DNA of 64,000 nucleotides from Acidobacteriota bacterium (GTDB lineage Bacteria; Acidobacteriota; UBA6911; RPQK01; JAJDTT01): NCBI GenBank assembly GCA_965217775.1, contig CBDCJH010000002.1, positions 4,320,001 to 4,384,000 of the forward strand, read 5' to 3'. Shown piece by piece: positions 40,301 to 48,218 of this stretch (position 1 is its first letter; each line of letters starts with the position of its first letter). The notes under the pieces were generated by a model. It saw only the letters and a program-made list of their open reading frames with translations, ran no database searches and was not told where the DNA came from. The position numbers and the translations under genes were made by a program.

Positions 40301-40639
40301 GATCTGGGAGCCTACGATCAGGTGGATGCCCAAGCGGCGGGCGCGGACGTGGGCCCGGACGATTCCGTAGACTCCGTTGCGATCGGTGAGGGCCAGGGCG
40401 GGAATTCCCTTTTCATGGCAGGCCTCCACCAGTTCCTCGGGGTGGCTGGCCCCTTCCAGGAAGGAGTAGTTGCTCTTGCACCAGAGGGGGACGTAGGGAT
40501 GGGGAGCGGCGGTTTTCAGCCGCCGGGCTCCGGAGTGACAACTTGGCGCCGAAGAACGGGCGATTGGGAAATCGCCCTTCCTGTGGGCGACTGGAAATCG
40601 CCCCTCCTGTGGGCGACTGGAAATCGCCCCTCCGGTCAC
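37400..40639 (-). CDS. dnaE2: Error-prone DNA polymerase DnaE2 (ImuC)
   Basis: SNYSFLEGASHPEELV, GRGSAANS, PPDIDLD, PRHLSIHPGG, KVDLLGLG, YGFPESHAASF, C-terminal SRDF motif; start placed at GTG overlapping the imuB stop (GTGA). Confidence 0.95.
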   Translation of the reverse strand: MTGGAISSRPQEGRFPVAHRKGDFPIARSSAPSCHSGARRLKTAAPHPYVPLWCKSNYSFLEGASHPEELVEACHEKGIPALALTDRNGVYGIVRAHVRARRLGIHLIVGSQIDLRDGSELLLLVRNQEGYRNLCRLLTGGHLRSSKGECRLGWREVCRSSPGLIALWGIPPPDPGSDSQTDAEPVLKRIHAAFQDRLYVLIPRHRRAEEVLREVRLRELADRFRLPTVAAVEVLYPCPQRSRLQDVLTCIREGVTLPAAGRLIRPNDQHALKSPDDLARLFADDPESVERTRQVAARCSFSLQELRYRYPLERLPEGMDSNRYLHRRTFEGAERRLGGKFRSQVPQLEKELDLIRELEYEGYFLTMHEIVEYCRRHGILCQGRGSAANSTVCFALGITSVDPTQVDLLFERFLSRERAEPPDIDLDIEHNRREEVIQHVYRKYGRDRAAMVSNVVRYRYRSAIREVGKVLGISATSLDRLAKLVSHERWSEELVEQAGLDSRSTALGHLVTLVQEIQDFPRHLSIHPGGFLLGHRPVHDLVPIENATMKGRTVIQWDKEDVEQAGLFKVDLLGLGALTHLHLCFDLLRRHRRRDLSLATLPKEDAATFDMVCRADTVGVFQIESRAQMAMLGRLKPRNYYDLVIEISIVRPGPITGGMVHPYLRRRKGEEAVEYPHPSLVPVLQKTLGIPLFQEQVMQLAMVAADYTPGEADQLRRDMAAWRRSGRIERHHRKLVDRMVKKGIREEFAERVFQQIRGFGDYGFPESHAASFAHIAYATAYLKCHHPAEFTCALLNAQPMGFYSPSTIVNDARIHGIEIRPVSILHSRWDCTLVPSPAVPDRPSRFAVRMGLRYVKGMGEGDWNKLDAAARQSPFSDLPDVVRRSGLRQDKLETLAEAGAFECFGLDRRSALWQIQGLAGRRPPRLPLNSRAPAPPFPPLSRLESIVWDHRVTSHSSQAHLLKPLRPVLAAWGLPTARQLNRMPDGRRVHYAGMVICRQRPGTARGVTFMTLEDETGFVNLVIWQQTFQHYSVLAKTLSCMGVTGNLQVAERVTHLVVDKIWRPKLDNAPVRLKSRDFQ
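40503..40633. repeat. REPIN inside the dnaE2 5' end
   Basis: GGAGCGGCGGTTTTCAGCCGCCG plus three inverted tandem 26-27 bp units GGGCGACTGGAAATCGCCCCTCCTGT. Confidence 0.88.
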
Positions 40640-42105
40640 TCGACTCGGCCCTGGGAGTACCAGCGCCGCCTCTTTTGGTCGTAATAGACCCAGAGGATCT
40701 CGCCCCGGCCGGTGGCGACGAACCGGTAGTCCCGCCGGACCTCCCGGCTCCACCATCCTCCGCTGATGAGATAGCCCAGCAGGCGTCCCAGTCCCGGGGA
40801 CCGCTTCCACCGGCCCGCCGACTCCAAGGGAGACCGTTCCAGAGGCCGGGGACGGCCGTGGGCGCGGCGCACCAGGGGGCGCAGGGAGACCGAACGGGGG
40901 CTGGCCGCCGGGAGCTTCTCCAGGGGCCGCCACTCGGAACGGGCTTCCGGAAGATGCCCCGATTTGAGCCGGGCCGAGAGCACCGAATCGGGGCCGAATT
41001 CGGCTCGGATCCGGGCCAGAGCGCGCAGGGCCGCCTCCAGGTTCCGGCGCGGATTCCGTTGCAGGAGGCTCAGCACCTGGGGGGAGGCGGACACCCCCTC
41101 CACTTCCAGGGAAAGCTCCACCGGAGGAACCGGCAGGGAGAGGCTCTCCAGGCGCAATCGGACCAGATCCAACAGGACCGAAACCTTCAAGGTGGGCCGG
41201 GCCGGCTGGATCAGCTCGAGGCGGCGGTCTCCGTCCTCCAGCAGAAGCTGCAACCGGAGGGTGGCCACCTTCTGGCTTCTGTCCGCCGCCGCCATCAACA
41301 AGGGGTCCAGCAACTGCTTGATCCGGAAAAGGAGTCTTGCCGCGTTGGATTCGGGCTCCTCCAGTTCCGTCCGGACACGGAGAGGCTCGGGGATCATTCG
41401 GGGCTGGAGCGGCATCGAAAGCTCACCCGCCGCCAGACGGTACAGGGTCCAGGCCTGGCGTCCAAGATGCCGGTCGATGCCGCCCTGGGGAAGATCCAGG
41501 AAGTCTCCGACGGTGTGAATCCCCAGCTTCTCCAGCCGGTCGCGCAAGTTCGGGGCGATCCGCAGATGCTGCAGGCGCACCTTGCGGCTGCAGACCTCCT
41601 CCAGCTCGAAGGAAGGGAGCACCGTCACCCGGTTCTCCGCCTTGGCGATGGCATAGCTGCCGAAACGGCTGAAGCCGACCACGATGCTCGCCGGCAGCTC
41701 CAGCCGGGAGAAACCGGAGGCCATCTCCCGGGTCCAGTCCTCGAAAGAGCCGTAGAGCCGGTCGAGCCGGGTGGCGTCGACCCAGAAAACCCCGGGTTCG
41801 TCTTCAGAGGGCTCGACCCCGGGACTGAAATCGGCCAGCAGCTCGTGCACCTGCCGGACCGCGGCCCCGATCTCCTCCTCCGAAACCGTGCCCGCACACA
41901 GGTTCCGGTCCAGGGAGAGGCCGGAGGCATAGCGCATCCCCGGCCGAATGCCGGCCCCGGCAGCCGCGGAGTTGACCCCCAGGATGGGACTCTGAGGTTT
42001 CTCCTGCTCCACCACCGCCACCGGCCGCTGCCTCCACTCCGGATGCCTCCTCATCAGGAGCCGTAGCGGCAGCGCCCGGATGTTAATGCAGGCCGTCCGG
42101 TCCAC
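40636..42105 (-). CDS. imuB: ImuB, inactive Y-family polymerase
   Basis: N.AA..AGIRPGM, FSPGVE, LEKLGIHTVGDF, HLPE, GGWW..EVRRDY; position between imuA and dnaE2; start GTG 42105 or ATG 42138. Confidence 0.9.
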   Translation of the reverse strand: MDRTACINIRALPLRLLMRRHPEWRQRPVAVVEQEKPQSPILGVNSAAAGAGIRPGMRYASGLSLDRNLCAGTVSEEEIGAAVRQVHELLADFSPGVEPSEDEPGVFWVDATRLDRLYGSFEDWTREMASGFSRLELPASIVVGFSRFGSYAIAKAENRVTVLPSFELEEVCSRKVRLQHLRIAPNLRDRLEKLGIHTVGDFLDLPQGGIDRHLGRQAWTLYRLAAGELSMPLQPRMIPEPLRVRTELEEPESNAARLLFRIKQLLDPLLMAAADRSQKVATLRLQLLLEDGDRRLELIQPARPTLKVSVLLDLVRLRLESLSLPVPPVELSLEVEGVSASPQVLSLLQRNPRRNLEAALRALARIRAEFGPDSVLSARLKSGHLPEARSEWRPLEKLPAASPRSVSLRPLVRRAHGRPRPLERSPLESAGRWKRSPGLGRLLGYLISGGWWSREVRRDYRFVATGRGEILWVYYDQKRRRWYSQGRVE

Positions 42106-42718
42106 GGCAGATCTCGGTGTGGCGCCAATCCGGTCCATGACGTCTGTCCTTCAAGATCTCGATCCGGTACTGGAAACGATCGACCTCCAGACGGCGGCAG
42201 GAGGTCTGCCCCCGCAGCGAGACCATCGATCCCAGCGACGGCGCCCTCCGGGCCTTGGAGGTCAGGCAGAGGAGGGCGGCATCGTGGGTCCGCGCCTGCT
42301 GGACCAGACGCGCCTGCAGCGGTACGGAAATGGTGGGATTGAAGTTCAGGTCCATCACGATCAGGCCGAAGGCTCCCGATCTCAGGAGGCGGTCCGCCGC
42401 GCGCCCCGCGGCCTGAGCGTCCGGGACGCGAATCACCACCAGGGCATCCAGGTCCACGCCGTTCTCGGCCGCATCCGGAGCGAAGAAGGTGTCCGTCCCG
42501 ACCGCGATCCAGGCCGCCGGCTCCCCCTCCAGTTGTGCGTCCAGCACCAGCCGAAAGGCGGACGTCAGCAGCGCGGCTCCGGAAATCGAGGAGAGCTCGC
42601 AGAGGCGGCCGGCCAACTGCTCCCGGGACCAGAGCGGAGTTTTCGTTCGCGGCGTTGCCGCCGCCCAATCGAGGTGGGTCCTGAGACCCTGCAGATCGAT
42701 GGCTTGCAAGGCTGACAT
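42083..42718 (-). CDS. imuA: ImuA, RecA-like mutagenesis protein
   Basis: GRLCEL with degenerate Walker A, FFAPDAAENGVDL, LLRSGAFGLIVMD; RBS AAGGAGG. Confidence 0.85.
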   Translation of the reverse strand: MSALQAIDLQGLRTHLDWAAATPRTKTPLWSREQLAGRLCELSSISGAALLTSAFRLVLDAQLEGEPAAWIAVGTDTFFAPDAAENGVDLDALVVIRVPDAQAAGRAADRLLRSGAFGLIVMDLNFNPTISVPLQARLVQQARTHDAALLCLTSKARRAPSLGSMVSLRGQTSCRRLEVDRFQYRIEILKDRRHGPDWRHTEICRGPDGLH

Positions 42719-42728
42719 GCTTCCTCCT

Positions 42729-43346
42729 TTAGTCCAGACTCCTTCTGACTTCGATGACCTTGCCCAGGATCGAGAACGGCTCTCCGTCCTCTCGAGGGAC
42801 GATGGGCTCGAAGGCATCGTTTTCGGGATGCAGCTCGACCCGGCCCTGCTCTTCCCGGTAACGCTTGACGGTCGCCTCTTCCCCCACCAGGGCCACCACG
42901 ATCTCCCCCGGCCTGGCGGCTGGCTGCCGGCGGACGATCACGGTGTCTCCCGGCAGGATGCCGGCCCGGAGCATGCTCTCCCCCTGAACGGTCAGGGCGA
43001 AGAGCTCCCGGTCGTCGAAGGGGCTCTTCTGCACCAGGAGATAGTCGCCCGGGTCCTGCAGGGCCGTGGTCAACTCTCCCGCCTGGACCCGGCCCAGCAT
43101 GGGGATCAGCCGGGTGGAAAGAGACCGCCCCAACTCCGGCAGGCGGTGGGACCGGGCCTTGCCCGAGTCCTTGACCAGCTTCCCCTCGGCCACCAGCGCC
43201 TCCAGATGCTGGCGCGCCGACTGGACCGCCCGGAACCCGAAGGCCTGCTGCACCTCCCGGACGGTGGGCGGAGATCCGTTCAGGATCCTCTCCCGCACGA
43301 ACTCGTAGACTTTTTTGCGCGTCTCCCCAGGTGGCGTATAGGCCAT
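42729..43346 (-). CDS. lexA: LexA repressor
   Basis: PPTVRE winged helix, cleavage site GRVQAG, catalytic GESM and ATVK. Confidence 0.95.
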   Translation of the reverse strand: MAYTPPGETRKKVYEFVRERILNGSPPTVREVQQAFGFRAVQSARQHLEALVAEGKLVKDSGKARSHRLPELGRSLSTRLIPMLGRVQAGELTTALQDPGDYLLVQKSPFDDRELFALTVQGESMLRAGILPGDTVIVRRQPAARPGEIVVALVGEEATVKRYREEQGRVELHPENDAFEPIVPREDGEPFSILGKVIEVRRSLD

Positions 43347-43399
43347 GTCTCCCTCCCTGGCCGTTGACGGCAGAGCGATCGGAAAACTCAGGAAAAGAA

Positions 43400-43440
43400 A
43401 GAATAACAGACATTTGTCTGTTATGTCAAGAATTTCTTGA
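43400..43440 (-). promoter_or_regulatory. sigma70 promoter of the lexA-imuABC operon with a palindromic operator
   Basis: Minus strand TTGACA (43429-43424), 18 nt, TATTCT (43405-43400); palindrome ATAACAGACA-TT-TGTCTGTTAT at 43403-43424; second palindrome TCAAGAA-T-TTCTTGA at 43426-43440. Confidence 0.75.
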
Positions 43441-43528
43441 TCCGATCATCACTTTTTTGTCGTGCACCCTTGATTTCATCTCAGGGACTTGTCCAACTCA
43501 TTGAAAACAGGAGCGGGAGCGGCAGCTT

Positions 43529-43607
43529 GGAGCGGCGTCTTTCCAGGCGCCGAATTCCAAAACACAGTACGCCAAAAAGGGCTCGGGAGACTGGAAAGTC
43601 CCCCTCC
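43529..43607. repeat. REPIN doublet
   Basis: GGAGCGGCGTCTTTCCAGGCGCCG ... GGGAGACTGGAAAGTCCCCCTCC. Confidence 0.7.
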
Positions 43608-43685
43608 TGTTGGGAAAGTTCAGCCTTACCTTACCGATATAAGTAAGGAATTAATCTATATTGTAAGTCGATTTCAGGTATTGCC

Positions 43686-43919
43686 ATGATCGAATCTTCC
43701 ATTACCGGGAAGGGCCAGACGACACTCCCCAAGGCCGTGCGAGAGACGCTCGGTCTACGGGCCGGGGACCGGGTGCGCTACGTCATCTCCGGCGCCGAGG
43801 TGCGAATTCTGCCGGTGCGTCCCATCGGCCGGCTCTTCGGCGCGCTCAGGCATGACGGGCCCGCCATCAGAGTTGAGGAACTGGAGCAGGCCGTAGCCGG
43901 CAGGGCGGTTGAGGAGTGA
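43686..43919 (+). CDS. AbrB/MazE-type antitoxin
   Basis: SSITGKGQTTLPKAVRETLGLRAGDRV; upstream inverted repeat CCTTAC-N8-GTAAGG at 43629-43648. Confidence 0.88.
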   Translation: MIESSITGKGQTTLPKAVRETLGLRAGDRVRYVISGAEVRILPVRPIGRLFGALRHDGPAIRVEELEQAVAGRAVEE

Positions 43920-45031
43920 TCACGGTCGACACCCATGACCTCGTCCGTTATCTGGCATGCGACCAAGCCGAGCAGGCGGGCAGGGCGGGTTTTTCCGATG
44001 CCATCGGGGACGCGGCCGTTTCGGGCTCGGCGGCGGCTGCGCGGGAGCGGAAGGACGGAAGCCTCTTCCGCATCGATGCCCAGAGTCACATGGTCCCGCC
44101 ACCCGTCCTCGAGTTCATGATGACCCGTGACACCGTCCCCCGGGCCTACGAGCAGGAGGGCGCCTACTACACCCTCACGGGGGAATGGCGCCGGCGCGTC
44201 CGGCCGCAACACCTGGACGTGGACGCCAAGATCGCCGACATGGACCGGGCCGGCATCCGGACCGCCGCCCTCAGCATCAACGACCCCGGACCCGAGTGCT
44301 TCGGCGCCGACGGCCCCAAGGTGGCCAAGCTGGCGCATGATTTCATTCGAGATGCCGCCGAGTCGTATCCGGGCCGTTTCTTCGGGTTGGCGACGCTGCC
44401 GCTCCATCAGATGGAGGAGGCGCTCAAGGAACTGGACCGCTGTGTCGACAAGCTCGGCTTTCGCGGCATCCTGCTCTACTCGAACCTGGCGGGCCGCTTC
44501 CCCGACGAAGACGAGTTCCGTCCTCTGTTCCAGCGCGCCGAGGAGATGGACGTCCCCATCCTGCTGCACCCGGCCTACCCCATGACCTACGATGCCGTGA
44601 AGGGGCGCTCCCTGGTGGGCGGCCTGGGGCTGATGTTCGACACCACCATCGCCCTGGCCCGGATCATCCTTTCCGGGATCCTGGACCGGCACCCCCGGCT
44701 CAAGCTGCTCTGCCCGCACGTGGGCGGAGCGCTCCCCTATCTGATCGGCCGCATGGACCATCAGACCCAGGTGCTCAAGCGGGGCGCAGAGAACATCAGC
44801 CGGCCGCCCAGCGAGTACCTGCGCCAGATCTATCTCGACACCGTCTCGCCCATCGCCCTGGCCATCCGGTACGGCTACGACTTCGCCGGTCCCGACCGGC
44901 TGCTCTATGCCAGCGACCACCCCTGGGTGGACCCCAACCTGATCGTGTCGAAAATCGACAGTCTCGACCTGCCGGCTGCGGATCGGAAGAAGATCTACAC
45001 CGGCAACGCGAAGAAGCTCTTCCAGCTATGA
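43916..45031 (+). CDS. Amidohydrolase_2 family protein with an N-terminal VapC remnant
   Basis: IDAQSH, MDRAGI, ILLHP, HVGGALPY, YLDT, ASDHPW; the first 40 aa are PIN-like (MITVDTHDLVRYL..D..EQA). Confidence 0.85.
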   Translation: MITVDTHDLVRYLACDQAEQAGRAGFSDAIGDAAVSGSAAAARERKDGSLFRIDAQSHMVPPPVLEFMMTRDTVPRAYEQEGAYYTLTGEWRRRVRPQHLDVDAKIADMDRAGIRTAALSINDPGPECFGADGPKVAKLAHDFIRDAAESYPGRFFGLATLPLHQMEEALKELDRCVDKLGFRGILLYSNLAGRFPDEDEFRPLFQRAEEMDVPILLHPAYPMTYDAVKGRSLVGGLGLMFDTTIALARIILSGILDRHPRLKLLCPHVGGALPYLIGRMDHQTQVLKRGAENISRPPSEYLRQIYLDTVSPIALAIRYGYDFAGPDRLLYASDHPWVDPNLIVSKIDSLDLPAADRKKIYTGNAKKLFQL

Positions 45032-45924
45032 GACCGGCGTCCGGCCGTCCCCAAGAGGCGTCTGCGGCAAGGACTCCTCCCGAGCCCTCTTCCTACCGAT
45101 TCCGGCTCGCCATCTGCAGCGGGACGTTCCAGGGCTGGAGCTTCGCCGAGGCCTGCAAGGGAGCGGTCCGGACCGGCTACGAGGCGATCGAGATCGCACC
45201 CCACCTGCTCTCGGACGATCCCAACTCCCTCTCCGCCGGCCGGCGCAGGGAACTGCGGGACATCCGCGAGTCCGAGGGCCTCCTCTACGCCGGGATGCAC
45301 AACCTGCTCAAGGCCCCCGGCTGGCTTCACCTGACGACGCCGGACCGGACCCGGCGAGAGAGAAGCTGGGACTACTTTCGGGGCCTGGTCGATTTGTGCG
45401 CCGACCTGGGCGACGGCGGTCTGATGATCCTGGGATCGGCCCGGCAGCGCAACGCGGTGAACGGAGCGACGCGCCGGGAGGCCAGGGGCCGCTTGGCCGA
45501 GGGTCTGGCCGCGGTGGCGCCCGATGCCGAGGCACGCGGGGTGCGGATCCTCCTGGAGCCCTTGGCGCCGCATCTTTGCGACGTGGTCAACAATCTGGAG
45601 GAGGCAGTCGCCATCGTCGAGCGGGTCGGCAGCCCGGTAGTGCAGTCCATGTTCGACACCCACAACGCCGTCGACGAGAAGCTGCCCCATGGTGAAGCGA
45701 TCCGGAAACACTACCGCTACCTCAAGCACGTCCACGTCAACGAGCTGGACGGCCGCCACCCGGGCACCGGCGACTACGACTTCAGGCCGGTCCTACAGGC
45801 GTTGAAGGACCTGGCATATCCAGGCTGGGTGTCCCTTGAGGTATTCCACTTCGGTCACGGCCCCGCAAACATCGCTCGAGATTCGGCGAGGTTCATCCGG
45901 GACCTGGAGAAGAAGCTGGTCTAG
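45028..45924 (+). CDS. Sugar phosphate isomerase/epimerase (xylose isomerase-like TIM barrel, tagatose 3-epimerase-like)
   Basis: GYEAIEI, LLEPL, FDTHN, HVHVNE, PGTG, WVSLEVF. Confidence 0.88.
   Translation: MRPASGRPQEASAARTPPEPSSYRFRLAICSGTFQGWSFAEACKGAVRTGYEAIEIAPHLLSDDPNSLSAGRRRELRDIRESEGLLYAGMHNLLKAPGWLHLTTPDRTRRERSWDYFRGLVDLCADLGDGGLMILGSARQRNAVNGATRREARGRLAEGLAAVAPDAEARGVRILLEPLAPHLCDVVNNLEEAVAIVERVGSPVVQSMFDTHNAVDEKLPHGEAIRKHYRYLKHVHVNELDGRHPGTGDYDFRPVLQALKDLAYPGWVSLEVFHFGHGPANIARDSARFIRDLEKKLV
45765..45924 (+). repeat. 160-bp direct repeat, copy 1 (3' end of the epimerase gene)
   Basis: Aligns without gaps to 46807-46966; about 16 mismatches by manual count. Confidence 0.92.
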
Positions 45925-46007
45925 CAGTTCGCGGCACAAGTCGTCATGTCATTCGACCAGCGTTGCATCTCAGCGGACTGCGTTGTTCCTCCGGCACGTG
46001 CAGCTAG
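45921..46007 (+). mobile_element. Degenerate short copy of the MITE-like element
   Basis: CTAGCAGTTCGCGGCACAAGTCGTCATGTCATTCGACC...GCGGACTGCGTTG...GCTAG; starts in the epimerase stop codon. Confidence 0.6.
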
Positions 46008-46081
46008 AAGGAATCTCGCCAGAGAGTAGCCTCACAAATATGCACTTGATGTCATATGATGTGAGAGTCATAATTTAACCT

Positions 46082-46450
46082 GTGAACTGGGAGGTCCGAT
46101 TCGGTCCGGTCTTCGACTCGGAATTCGATAGCCTGTCAACCACTGTGCAGGATGAGCTGCTTGCGTTAGCAACGCTCCTTGAGAGATTCGGTCCGGCTCT
46201 GGGTCGCCCCCGTGTGGATACCTTGAAAGGGTCACGCCACACGAACATGAAAGAACTGCGGTTTCAGGTCGACAACGGTGTGTGGCGGGTCGCTTTTGCC
46301 TTCGATCCTGAGCGGAAAGCCATCCTGCTTGTGGCTGGTGACAAATCCGGATCAAGCAAAAGGCGATTCTACAGACGGCTGATCAGGAAGGCGGATGAAA
46401 GGTTTGATGCGCATCTCGACAGATTGAATGACGAAAGGAGGGCAAGATGA
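46082..46450 (+). CDS. HigB/RelE-like (DUF891/Gp49) toxin
   Basis: GPALGRPRVDTLKGS..NMKELRF, WRVAFAFDP.RKAILLVAGDK; toxin-first order. Confidence 0.9.
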   Translation: MNWEVRFGPVFDSEFDSLSTTVQDELLALATLLERFGPALGRPRVDTLKGSRHTNMKELRFQVDNGVWRVAFAFDPERKAILLVAGDKSGSSKRRFYRRLIRKADERFDAHLDRLNDERRAR

Positions 46451-46785
46451 CGACTCTCACTGAGAGAATCAACAAACTCCCCGCGTCGCGTCGGAAAAGA
46501 GTGGAGGAGCGGGCGAAGGCGCTGATTGCCGAAGAGATGTGTCTCCGAGACCTGCGCAGGGCTCGGAGACAGACGCAGGTGCAGGTTGCAAAGGAACTCG
46601 GGATCAACCAGGAAAACGTGTCCCGTATCGAAAAACGTAGCGACCTGCTGATATCGACCCTCAGTGGCTACGTCCAAGCCATGGGCGGGAGATTGAGCTT
46701 GGTGGCGGAATTCCCCGATCGTCCACCCATCGCACTGACTGGTATTTCAGCTCTGGGTGATGAAACCCCGCCGACAAAGTCATAG
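46447..46785 (+). CDS. XRE-family HTH antitoxin (HigA-like)
   Basis: LRDLRRAR..TQVQVAKELGINQENVSRIEKRSDLLISTL..YV.AMGG.L. Confidence 0.9.
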   Translation: MTTLTERINKLPASRRKRVEERAKALIAEEMCLRDLRRARRQTQVQVAKELGINQENVSRIEKRSDLLISTLSGYVQAMGGRLSLVAEFPDRPPIALTGISALGDETPPTKS

Positions 46786-46806
46786 TCCTGAAGATGTAGC
46801 ATCGGT

Positions 46807-46966
46807 CACCGCCGACTATGATTTCAGGCCGGTCCTACAGGCGTTGAAGGACCTGGCATATCCAGGCTGGATATCGCTCGAGGTGTTCCACTTCGATCAC
46901 GGCCCCGCAAACATCGCTCGAGATTCGGCGACGTTCATCAAGGACCTGGAAAAGGAGTTGGACTAG
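46807..46966 (+). pseudogene. Orphan duplicate of the epimerase 3' end (direct repeat copy 2)
   Basis: Encodes DYDFRPVLQALKDLAYPGWISLEVFHF..GPANIARDSA.FI.DLEK, in frame to its own TAG. Confidence 0.88.
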
Positions 46967-47010
46967 GAGTCTGCGCCGTAGGGTAGATCAATTTCTGCGG
47001 CGCAGGCTCC

Positions 47011-47174
47011 TAGCAGCCCGTGGCAAAAGTCGTCACGGCATTCGACCGTCCCTGCATCCCGGCGGACTGCGTTGCGACTCGGTCACATACTCCCGGTATG
47101 CTCCCTCATCGCGCCTTGTCCGGCGGGCGCAGGAACGGTCTCGGTGCTCGCGCGACTTTCACCACGGACTGCTA
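47011..47174 (+). mobile_element. 164-bp MITE-like element, full copy
   Basis: TAGCAGCCCGTGGCAAAAGTC ... GACTTTCACCACGGACTGCTA; CTAG at both ends. Confidence 0.85.
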
Positions 47175-48218
47175 GGGTTCAGGACTGGACATGGTCCAGA
47201 GCTCCCCAAAGTCCTCCGTCAGAACCTGCTCCAGTTCCTGAGCGACCCGGACGGGGTCCCACTCCGTGGATTCCTTTTCCCACTCATGATGCTGTTGCCG
47301 GCCATCGGTAATCTCCGAGTGGGGCGAGGGCACCCAGAGTCTATCCTTGCGGATGAGCACGTTGGCCAAGATGATGAGCTTGCGCAAGACGGCCGCAAGG
47401 GCCAGCCTCGGCGGTTTACCCCGAGCGCGAAGAGCTCCGTACCTCCCAAGCATTTCGGGGTTGCGGCAAATCATGTAGAGAGACGACAGGTAAATGAGTC
47501 GGCGTACGCTCGCCCTTCCAGACCGGCGCCCCCGCCGAGAGCTAGATCGCTGCTTGCCGGGAGCCACCCCCGCCAGACTGGCTGCGGCCTTGGAATTCAG
47601 CGTGCCGAGTTCCGGCATCTCGGCGATCAGGCCCGCCGCGGTCGTGCTCGGGATGCTCGGGATGGACGTCAGAATTTCGACCCGCCGAGCCAGGGTCCCA
47701 TCCCCTTCCACAATTCGTTGAATCCTTTTGTCGATGGCACCGAGATGCCGTTCGATCTGCTGCAGCAGTTCCTCGGTCTGGCGTTTGATCAGATCGTGGC
47801 GCAGGCTCCAATGGAGGACTCGGTTCCTTGCACGATCCTCGATGAGCGTATCCCGCCCCTCCTGCAGTTCTTTCAGGCTGCACAGCCTCGCCCAGTAGGC
47901 CCTCGCCATCTTGGCCAGTCCCCGCGCATCGACCGTGCCGGTCCTGGCCCACCAACCCAGCGTTTGCACGAATCTCCGCGACTTTGGCAGATGCAACCGC
48001 GTCAATGGCACTCTGCTGCTCTGCAATGCCTCTTCGAACTCGAGATGAAACGATTCGACGGGGACATAGGCCACGCAGGCGACCTTCCGGTCGATCTCTC
48101 CGATCAGCGCGCCGAACCCGGCCGCGTCGTTGGGAAAACGGTCCGACCTCCCCTCGGGCGCCCAATAGACGTCCAGGTGGTCTTTCGAGATGGACACGCC
48201 TACGGTATGAACTTTCAA
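47172..48218 (-). mobile_element. IS110-family transposase-like ORF, catalytically degenerate
   Basis: SKDHLDV, FPNDAAGF, ILTSIP, LIAEMPELGTL..KAAASLAGVAP, GRASVRRLIYL, GKP...A..AV.RKLIILAN; most DEDD residues substituted. Confidence 0.85.

Noticed and set aside
40558-40633. Tandem palindromic 26-27 bp repeats (also 3309-3412) as a CRISPR array
   Set aside because: No unique spacers, no cas genes, and the same units occur as dispersed REPs
40640-40933. N-terminal extension of DnaE2 in the ORF track
   Set aside because: Overlaps the conserved imuB C-terminus; the GTGA-coupled start at 40639 is more plausible
45765-46966. Duplicated gene 3' end as a DGR template/variable repeat pair
   Set aside because: Mismatches are not confined to adenines, no reverse transcriptase is in the window, and the target is a metabolic enzyme
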